Positions 53,679 through 64,000 of a stretch of DNA of 64,000 nt are shown piece after piece (the stretch's first letter is position 1; every line of letters starts with the position of its first letter). The translations under genes and the position numbers were made by a program. This stretch comes from Bugula neritina (Eukaryota; Animalia; Bryozoa): assembly GCA_964035545.1 (NCBI GenBank), contig OZ037767.1, positions 24,072,628-24,136,627 of the forward strand, given 5' to 3'. The notes beneath the pieces were generated by a model that was not told the DNA's origin, ran no database searches, and worked only from the letters and a program-made list of their open reading frames with translations.

Positions 53679-56600
53679 ATGGGTGGTTCCGAATCTAAAT
53701 CACAGAAACCTTCGGATCAACCTGGGTGTTTCAACAAATCTAGTGGAAAAAAATTGTAAGTGTATTACAAATTTTTGCATAATGATTTTTATTGTGAAGT
53801 CTGAATTCAAAATTTTGAGTTGCGTTCCCATACACACAAGAGTGAAAAATAGAGTACATAATAAAATTTTAAGCTAGTTTTACTAGTAGCATATAACTGT
53901 AATTGTGAAAATTAAATCTGGTATATACACTTGATATGCAGTTCATTCTACTTTGTTGTATGAAATTTGCATGAAAACATTTATCACTATAAGTTTTAAA
54001 GTGACGCAGTCTTTGTTAGTAATACATTTCATTAAATAGTTGAGTACTCCATGATTCTATGCTGCTTAACCAGGGTAGTCTGAGAACACATCCTTTAGCC
54101 TGTTTGCCATTTTTATGTTTTAGTGACATATGTTTGGCAACCCTTGGATTAGATAATGCAGGGAAAACTAGTATAGTATTATCCTTAGCTAAAGGTATGT
54201 CACCTTTTTTAATTCTTTATTTTAATTTTCAACTATATTTCAATACATTAATAAGAGATAATTTGTATATAAAAATTCGAATTAATAATTTGTGGATAAT
54301 TATTTTGCTGTTTATGTCAACAACATTGATGTGATGACCCACGTGAAACAACTCATATTGAATATTGATTTTCTACATAGAGCAAGATTGGTTTTATTCA
54401 GTTCAGAAACAATTTGCAACTGCAAATAAAATATAGTTGTAAAGTTTTAAAGCAAGTAATCAACATAACTAGATACTTGTAGTTTGCTACTGTATTACAA
54501 AAAATAACCATTAATATTTAAGAGCTGGATTCTTTAAAAACTGTTATGCCAACTATAATTTATTTCCATGACTGAATTTCCGACCATTTGTTCACAACAT
54601 AGGTACGCAAATGGTAAAAACATAGTAAAAAACTGAAACAAAAAAGATTATCTGCTCAATAGAATTTCACAATTTCTTTATTGACACTTCACAGCAGTTC
54701 AAGTTCTTCTATGCCTACATTTCTGTCCTATTGAATTGTTTAGTTTATTATTGACTTATTCTGAAGTATGGAGATTTAAAACAAAAGATATTGGACAAAC
54801 ATACATTCCTATTTTGTCCAATAGAAGTAGGACTCTTGTGTTTTACTGCATTTAGCGCAAGTTTAACTTACTCACTCTAGTTGTGGCAATTGTACATATT
54901 AAGATTACTAGCTCGAATTTTAAATTATATTCTTGTTGTAACTACTGCATTAAAACATTTATAAAATGATTTTAATTATATTCAAGCACACTATTTTGGG
55001 CAAGAGAAGAGAATGTGTGTTTAAGAGAAAGAAAACTTTTTTCAACTAATACAATAATTAAAAATTTGGTTTCTTAAAGTTAATTATTAAGTTGATATTC
55101 GCTGTTAATTGAATCAAATTGCATCACTTTTAAAAGACACTCAACGAGCTTATTTGTCTTGAATATTTTTCAGAGCTGCCAGAGGAGGGGGTTTTGCCTA
55201 CAGTTGGCTTTGACTCCAAGAAAATAATGCTCCATGGTCACTCAGTTACTCTGTACGATCTTGGCGGAGGCACTAAAATCAGAGGCATATGGAAGAATTA
55301 TTTAGCTGAAGTCCATGGCATAATATACGTGGTAGATGCCAGCGACCCAGCTCGGGTTGAAGAATCTGCTAAGGAATTTAGGACTATATGCCAGAATACC
55401 TTTGTACACTATAAGCCCATGTTGATGTAGGTATAATTCTTGTATTTGTTTGGTATGCAGGGATACATTTGTAACCTAGCTTTACCATTATTTATCATTT
55501 TAACACTCGATGTTTATCTCTTACTCTACCTATACCTTAAGGTATACACTAACAATGCTAATGTAGATGTTTACACTTGGTTAAAGTATAAGTACTCAAT
55601 ATCTATATTCAATCTTGTATGCAAAACTTTATACACTGAAATACTTAAGTCAGTCGTTGACTTCTACAAATGCACAATCTTGGACATTTTTGTATCAAAT
55701 AGGTGTTCTTTCATAACTGTAATCAAAAAATTTCCTTAAACTTAAGTATTCACTCAGGTTAATACAGCTGCTGTTTAGGCTTACACCAGTGGTCAACTTT
55801 TTATCTTGTTGCTAGTAAATTTTGTCCTCTAATTAAATACTGGTGTCAACTCAGCTGGGTTATTAGTGAAGAGTTTAATCTGTGGTAAGTATACTATAGG
55901 GATGTCATTTATTTTCTTATCATTGTCTGGTATATCAATTAGATTCTCAGCCAAATAAGAGATCTTAATTGTTTTCTAATTTTGTAAGCGTATAGAATAG
56001 CTTAGTGTTACATGGAAGGAAACTTATTACAATTTATTTGATTAAATTACGATTGATTTGATTTTATATAGTTTTACAATTTAGTGCAAGTTGTTAGATT
56101 TCATAATATAAAAAGTTGAGATAATAATTGTACAGCACCAAGAATTTGCAGAAAATCTCTTAAAGCCTTGCAGCTAGGGTATTTATAGAACATTTTATTT
56201 CATTTATTCTGAAATATCAGATGTTTTAAGGTAGATGTAGTACAATAGACCAACTAATCATTAAGACTTACATCTGATTCACTTGCGAAGTATTATTAAG
56301 AAATCACCAGGGAGTTGTCTGTTTGAACATGAGTTATTATGTTCAAACATACCTGGCCTCATTAGATTGATCGTATTTGTTTTCTTCAATAACATTTTAG
56401 CTTGTTTAAGTTTTAACTCAATTCCATTGCTGACTTCAGGCTTGGTTATAGGCTTATACTGCAAATATGGTGATACTATAATTGTCATGGGGAGATTACT
56501 TCTAGAAATTGAAAAAACTTGAAACTTCTCTGATGCTGTATTTAGTTCTGTTCCTCATACTTGCAGTCGTCTAGGTGTTAAGATATATTGCAAAGCCAGT

Positions 56601-59600
56601 GATACCATTATTTCACAGCATAATACTAGTTAGAAGTTGCCCCCACACTGGGGTCTAAATGCATCTGCTCTGTATTATGCTCTCTACTATATCATGAATT
56701 ATTATGTTTGTCTTGTAGATTAGCCAATAAATCAGACAAGGATGAAGCCTTGTCTGAATATGAACTCACTGAGAGGATGGATTTGGAAGAAATTGTCAAC
56801 GTTAATCACATTCCAACGAAAATACAGGTAGATGCTCATTATTAGCATTGTTGTAGAATAATTGTTCCCAGCAGTTTAACCTGCTGAATGCATGATATAA
56901 TAGAACATTCAGTTGAAAAGAAAGTTGGAGACTTTTTCTAATGTGTTTTGTGGAATTTAATAAATAACTAGAAAATTTGCTTTCACTTTCTTCTTGTAAG
57001 GTTGTTTCAGAATTATTTTTGCCAAGTATTGATTGGAAAATGGCTACATGGTATATTGTTAAGAAACAGGTGTGCCCTAGTTCTACCTGTCTAAGGGTAG
57101 ATCTATTTGTGTGCTATGTTTCATGACTCACTACAGCTAGCAAGCTTCTAGTGACAACAGCATTGATAGTAGTTAGTGACATTAAAAGTCTGTATTTGTT
57201 TGGAATCTTGTCCTCCAAGTGGATTTGTGAATAACTAGTAATTTTTGGGTAACATTTAGGCCTCAACAACAACTACAAAAGATCATAAAACTTTGAAAGA
57301 AGGAATGAAGTGGCTTTATTCAGCAATAGAGTCTGACTGGGAGACTTTAGAAGAGAGAGTGAAGCAAGATATCCTAGACACAAAGGTACAATTGTCGTAT
57401 AGGAAAAGAAAATTGTAGTTAGTTGTGGCTGAATATAAATAAACCTAACAGAGTATGGTACGTAAGATTGCATTGTTTTTTTTTTGGTAAGGAAAAGCAA
57501 AAGGCAGAGCGGAGAGCAAGAATGGAGAGGATTAGGAAGGAGAAGCAAGAGAAGGAAACTGTGGAGGGGCCAGAAGATGAAAAGGAAGAGGATACAGGTA
57601 TCCCCGAGGGCGGTGACCCCTTCCAGGCATTAGATGATCATCTGACAATCAAGGTAACCACTCACTCTGGTGTTGGAGGGAGAACAGATGTTTCTCAACC
57701 TATTCCTGTCATAATTATTTTTTTAAAGAAGTGGCTGGAGAGAATAATTTTTCAAGTTTTATTTTAGGCGGCTGAAGAAAAGCTGAGGAAAGAATCTCAG
57801 AAGAAACGAAAATCTTCGAAAAAATCTCGAACTCCTAGAGAGAATTTAATTCCCAGCAAAGAAAATGATGAAGATGATATTGAGATTAGCTCCAGTTTCC
57901 AGTCAAACTCACTTCCTGCTAAAAACAGCAAAACTTCAGTAGCTGAAAGTGAAGGTAAATCATACAGCTAACTATTGAAAGACGTTACAATGTGAGCCTC
58001 AAGCTATTTTTTATGCATGGGAGTTTTAAAAGTTATAAGATGGGTTCAAATTTCTGGCTTGCAGACTTTTATAAAGGCATCTCAATTCATTCTTGCAATG
58101 CAAGAGCTCCACTAGTATTGGTAAATCCCACATCTACAGTCTGGTTCGTAAGTTTATGTTACAAAGCCTTCTGTTGGTCAGTTATAAGTTTATAAAATTT
58201 AGAAAAGGAATGAATGTCTTCTGTCATTTAGCTTTGCTTGAAGCTCTGTGAGTCTAATTTAGACGAGAGATATAGTCTGCAAAAAAAAACAAAAGTATTA
58301 CAAAATATCTTGTTTAATCTCGGGTAGATTTTTTCTGCTGTGATTTTTAGCAGGCCTTTTTTCATTGAAAATATTTGTGCTAGTTTAATGTATTTGTAAG
58401 TGTTCTAATGATGTAACAAAGTTCTGAAATTCTTGGAAAGCCATTATTATTTGTTTTTAAAGCATTGAGCCTTCAAATTTATGCCCATGTATATCATCAA
58501 TCCTGCCCATAGTACTGACTGCATACTTGTAGGTTGCAGTATAACTTGATTTTTATTCATGTATCATTTCATAATGTATTAACACAGAAAACATAGTCTA
58601 ATTGTTTTTAGATAAATAAACAGCCTTATATTTTAGACTCAACCATAGGAAGGGCTGTGCCCCGTACCAACGGAGATAACTTGTATAAGAAACCAGAAAG
58701 AGCTCCTTCACCATTGCCTGCACCATTTGGAGATGGATTAAGTAGCCTATCATCTCGACTGCCACCTTTAGGAGGGACACTACCCCCTCTCGCAGGCAGC
58801 TCTCCTTTGAAACCCTTAGATCTGTTTACTGGTTAGTCTAATTCCTGTAGTTTTTGTCTCCTGGTTACAATCTGAGTGCTACATACTGTCTGCAGGTGCT
58901 TGCAGGTGTCTGTTAAATTGTGTTTTTTAAGACATCTGTTCGATTGTTTATCAAACAATCATTGTTTATATATTTTAGAAGAAACTACAACAAAAAAGAA
59001 GAAAAAGCGAAAAAAGAAAACTCGAATATCTCCTAGTTTAATGTCACCTGATCATAATGGTGAGTCATATATAAAATATAAAATAGCCTACTGTGACATA
59101 TGCTAACATATAATATGCTGTAACATGTATAATATACTGTAACATATAGTAATGTATAATATACTGTGACATATGGTAATATATAGTATACTGTAACATA
59201 TATAGTAATATATATTATACTGTAAAATATAGTAATATATAATATCCTGTACCATATAGTAATATGTAATACACTGTAACATATAGTCATATATAATATA
59301 TTGTTTACTATTTTTATATGTAAAGAAATTCATTGCAAATTAAATAGGCCTTTGCAAAATTATTTGCATGTATATATACAATGTTTCTATGTTGAGTTAT
59401 TATAAGTAAAATGAGATGCCATCTTACTGTTTATTTGTTAGCAGACATGGAAGCTTAGGTAATTGTTTTTTATAGAAAGAAATTATCTTTTCTGTTTTGC
59501 TGCTGCCATATAGATGATTCCTCTTTCTCATCATAGATTTGCCACAATAATATTAATATTATTCCTTTGATCTTGGTTTCACTTGTTGTTTCTGGTAACA

Positions 59601-59751
59601 CAACTAATCCAATGATGAAGTTCTACCTGCTTGTATTTATTCTAAGTCTAAGAGTTAATTTACTGCTGGGTTGTATTTACTAGTGGTGTAATTTAATGAG
59701 AGTTTTTGGAATATTTCAGGTTTGATGCCCGTTGAAGAGGAGGTTAGCTAG
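53679..59751 (+). CDS. ARL13B: ADP-ribosylation factor-like 13B, ciliary GTPase, multi-exon
   Basis: Exons approx. 53679-53755, 54124-54194, 55174-~55426, 56720-56827, 57260-~57384, ~57492-57652, ~57768-57954, ~58648-58831, ~58979-59060, 59720-59751. Motifs GLDNAGKT, PTVGF, DLGGG (ARL13-type Gly in place of the catalytic Gln), ANKSD, coiled coil ERRARMERIRKE, Pro-rich tail and KKTRISP (RVxP-like). Confidence 0.9.
59090..59300. repeat. ~28-bp AT-rich minisatellite (ACTGTAACATATAGTAATATATAAT-like)
   Basis: Tandem decayed units in an ARL13B intron; explains the Tyr/Ile-rich spurious ORFs here. Confidence 0.85.
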
Positions 59752-60762
59752 CGCCTGGAAATTCCTGCCACTGTATAAATGACATATTCAGTTCATTCAA
59801 ACACCCCCTCTCTTTACAGCAGCTTTTCGTATACCGTCCAGTTTCTCCCATTTGATCTGTTCAACCCATCTTTTAAATTGATATGGTTTCATCAAATGTC
59901 TATAAGACTGTTTTCTTCTAGTATATGTAGTGGGTCTGTACAAATCTTTATCAATGTTAATTCCTCTTCAGTGTTCCACGTCTCTTATTGCCTGGCAACT
60001 TTGAAGAAACTAGCTTTTTGTCACTGAGTGCCATAAGAGAGAAAAGTTCACAATTATATAACTCAAGTTATATATAATGTCTGTATAGTTATTAAGACAT
60101 TCCCACACTAATGAGCATTGTTCCACTGATGTTGTAATAATCATGTCTGTGTAACATCTTTGTCAACCTCGTGCTCAACTCTGGTGCTATGTTGGTAGTC
60201 ATGGCGTTTCACTACTTCGTTTTTCTTCTAAATTTAAATATCTTTTAGTGATTAAATTATGTATGTTGATGTAAACTATAACATTTATGTTAAGATATAT
60301 TGTTATATAATATAGCAAGCTATATAATTTTGTAAAAAAGTATGATTTCGAATTGTAAATTCTGAATAAACTTGGTTTCTAATATTTTTTCTGCAAGCCG
60401 TAGTTGAACGTTATATTATCTGTGATTATGCATTTGTATTTGTGAATCAATAAAATGTTTTATCCTTTATTCTAACATGAATAAATTATTGTTTTATATT
60501 TCAGGCTTTATGTAACTAAATTTTTCAACAGTGTATTACAGAAAATTAATAAACAGGGATATAGAAGGTTGTAATCCAATTCTAACATTCAGTTTTTGAT
60601 ACGAAACAGTAGAAGCTGTACCAGATTAACACGCTTATAATATTATCAATAATTAATTACAACCGCTTATTTGCTTTTGCTTGCTTCCAGAGCTTTATTT
60701 AAAACTTTGATGCTTTTATGTCAGCTACAAAAACTGGTGGTTATTGGCGCAGCATCTCAATT

Positions 60763-60910
60763 GGGCAGTAATGGTCTAATGGTTAGATAACTGGCCTATT
60801 TCGCAATAAGTCACGGCTTCAATTCTTGGTAGGTCATTGGTGATGTCAGGGAAAGCATCTGATACACAGCCCCTATTTTTGAGAAACCACTTGCCTGCAG
60901 AGATGGAAAC
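60763..60910 (+). mobile_element. Degenerate tRNA-derived SINE copy
   Basis: GGGCAGTAATGGTCTAATGGTTAGA head, decayed B-box GGCTTCAATTC, core GGTGATGTCAGGGAAAGCATC resembling the other two copies. Confidence 0.6.
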
Positions 60911-63037
60911 TTAGAAAGAAATATGAGTAAAATGAGAGTGAAGATATGCATTCCAGTCACAGTTACAAATCACATTATAGTTAGCATAGCCTTAAGGCTT
61001 GAAGATAATATATAAGTTTAATGTGTTCATTTTTTGTTTGTTAATGCACTCCATGTTAGCGATGAATAGTAATGTTCTCAGACACAATTAGTTAATAAGA
61101 GTAAGTCTCACTGTTACTTAATAACGAACTTATAAGAGAAATAGTTCAATGTTAGCAGTATAGGACACTGATAATTATTAGGTCTTGAATGGGGAAAAAA
61201 GTCATGGTTTGTTGTCTGCTAAAGTTAACAAAATTAACAAAATCATCTTTTCCAATATAGATTAGAACTAGAGCTCCTTGTTACAGGCCTCTGTGGAATG
61301 TCATGCACAAACTTCATGTCCTTAACACTTTCAGGTCAACTTTCAAAAGATAGATCTGAGCAGAGCATTCAATCATAGCTCAGTCCTCTCAGGTTACCTA
61401 CTAAAGTCTTTACTTACCTGTATTGTAGTATTATATTTAACTATGCTTGCAGTTGCAATTGTGTCAATGACTAAAAATGGTTCATAACTGTTACCATATG
61501 ATTAATTTGGAGTTGCACGCCATTTGCGTTGCAACAGACACAAGATTATTACAAAAATCATAATGCTCCAACATCCCATACATTACATATACATACAATC
61601 CCATGCATTATATTTAAATTTCTAGCAAAAACTAACTGAAGTGAAAACTTGAAATTTTGACGAACTTGAATGTAATGCCATAATCCATGACTTACTGTAA
61701 ATACGTTTGAGCTCTGAATGAACCAGATGGGGCCGAGCCTAATGTAAATCTCAGCTGTGCAGTCAGTACACACCTAGTCTATGATATTGTCATCAATTAA
61801 TAGGCTATGATTGTTGACACGCTTATGCTGTACGAGCTTTTATGGTCTCTCCTAGGAGTTGTCATCTATTAGCAAATATGCTATACACACAATACCATCC
61901 AAGGGAGTGAAGATTTGCATGATTTAAGCAAGCAAAGTACTTTAAACCAGTATGTTTACTTAAAGTTGCCATAGGAAAGGGCGAAAATAAAAAATGGAAA
62001 ACCAGGGGCAAAGCAATGAAACTAGTTTGGTTAATATTAAAGAAGTGGAAATGTTAATACTATCCATAACTAATTTGAGCAGGTACAATAAAATGTCTGC
62101 TTACTAGCACGCTCTTTTATTATGCAACATATTCATTATAAGTGACACGTTAGCTGAAATACATAAAGAATACATTTCTAAAGAACATTATTACACGTTA
62201 TGCAGGCATGTGTATTGATTCGAGTTTTTCATAAAACACTACCATAGGCTATATGAGTCTTCGAAGAAACACATTAACTGTACATTTACACACATTATGC
62301 TTAAAAGTTTATCTATGATATTGAAATAAACTGCCTTAAGACATTCTTTTGACACTTTAATAATAAAGCTTACATGTTTTTCCTACTGTATATACATACA
62401 AGATTGTGTTATAATATGTATACACATCTGTGCAAACTGTCACTCAATAATATAGCATATTCTTAGGTGATATACTAATAGGCTATGTAGTCATTATAAC
62501 ATTGACGAGCTGTAGATTATATGAATGCTTAGAAAACTTTAGTTAGTTCAGTATACTGTGCAATTTAATAGGCACCTTATCGTGGCTTTTAGTATGCATA
62601 AATACTAGAATGCTATGGTGAATTTCTTAAAATATTCTTTTAAAACTTATAGTTAATGCATATTTTATAATTGCAGTCTTACAAGTATTCTATAATTTAA
62701 AGATATGTTTCAGTTGCACTGTCAGTTACAGCCATGCATAATTATTTTTTTCAACAATATAAGCTAGTCATCAAATCCAATCTAACTTCTAAATAATTAC
62801 TTTACATGTCAAGAATTAATTAATCTTCTATCTAGCCTGAAATTACAAACATATTAGAGGTAAACAAATTCTCTCACAGATTGATAGAATATAACATAAA
62901 TTGTGTAAAAGCTATGTTAAGTATTCATTAATCACTATGAAGTTTAGACCAGCAATATTTACAACAGGGTAATATGATGCAGCAAATTTTAAAACCTAAA
63001 CCTAAGTTTACAGAGATGTACAATATTTGTAATTGAT

Positions 63038-63178
63038 TATATAGCATTTATAGCATCTATAGCATCTATACTATCTATAATACTTTATAGCAGCTACAGC
63101 ATTTATAGCACCATATATCATCTATAGTATCTATAGCACCATATATCATCTATAGCATCTACAACACTATATATCATC
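63038..63178. repeat. 9-bp based repeat (TATAGCATC)
   Basis: Directly visible tandem units. Confidence 0.8.
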
Positions 63179-64000
63179 AAATGCAGTGTTTAGCACAACC
63201 AGTTTTCAACCAGCAGACATGCATGTGATAGAAGTAGCAATTTGTTTAATAACATTTTTAAAATAATTACAATATTATACTTTCTAACGCTTTTCACAAT
63301 ATTATGTCTCTACTACCCACTTTAATTACTGATCTTAGCAAGTTTGTTGATATTGCAAAAGATAATATTGTGCTTTTACTGCTCTTTCTATTATTAGAAA
63401 GCGTAATTACCAAGAATTGTGCAGTTTATAACTTCTAAAGTTTGCTTTTGAAGTTTGCATTAATTGCCGATGTTTTACTGCTTTTCACAGTAAAGTTTCA
63501 TAGACAGCTACAACTGTAATATTGAAACAACAAAACATCAAATATATTTATTTTCAACAACAAATGGCAACAGATATAATCGCAACATCATATCCTGTGT
63601 TTTAGAGTTTATTATAGAAACAACTTTATACCGGATATGAGTAAACCTTTGTGAAATAATCGGTTGTCCACAAAACACATTAATCAAAGTTGCAAACTTA
63701 TAGCTACAAACATTTACGGCTAACATCAGCTTACAAACCTGCTTTTTCCCTAAAACCACTGTTTAGGCGAATTATAAGCTGCAATAGTGCAATTACTGTT
63801 GCAAAAGAGATATGCATCTAGATGTGTGAAAGCAAGATTTAAAAGCAGTTTTCATTTATGAACAAATTTATTATGCAACTGAAAAAGATATGAAAAATTA
63901 AACTGTTAGTCTAGCGAATGCTACCAAAATATTCTGTAGGAACCAATGAAAGCCTGGAATTTGCATCTAGATTTTTTCCAGTGTGTTGCTGCGTCATGAG

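Noticed and set aside
387-59751. Functional cluster of ciliary (NPHP4, ARL13B) and mitochondrial (MRPS35, COQ7) genes; non-canonical introns
   Set aside because: Co-location can be chance without synteny data; all junctions I checked were GT-AG.
60500-64000. Further gene at the right end
   Set aside because: Only short AT-rich ORFs, a SINE remnant and simple repeats; no supportable exon.

Overview
Compact, AT-rich, intron-rich animal (invertebrate-like) genomic DNA; no prokaryotic features. Five spliced protein-coding genes can be reconstructed by hand: NPHP4 (+, 5' end outside the window, stop at 13874), a myosin phosphatase targeting subunit PPP1R12/MYPT (-, ATG 42000, stop 16488), MRPS35 (+, 45800-49469), COQ7 (-, 50862-49593) and ARL13B (+, 53679-59751). 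Most entries in the ORF track are exon fragments or spurious. The most unusual signals are: (1) strand-oriented tracts with ~6-bp periodicity just downstream of three different promoters, all sharing the exact sense-strand 14-mer TACTCATAGTGATA; (2) a near-perfect 635-bp inverted repeat in the first coding intron of PPP1R12; (3) a second, alternative leucine-zipper exon and a probable internal-promoter small isoform of PPP1R12; (4) tandem repeats that amplify splice sites in NPHP4, including an array of CAG|GT sites; (5) an N-myristoylation-type N-terminus on ARL13B. Exon coordinates were read by eye and gene names come from recalled protein similarity; no database search was run.
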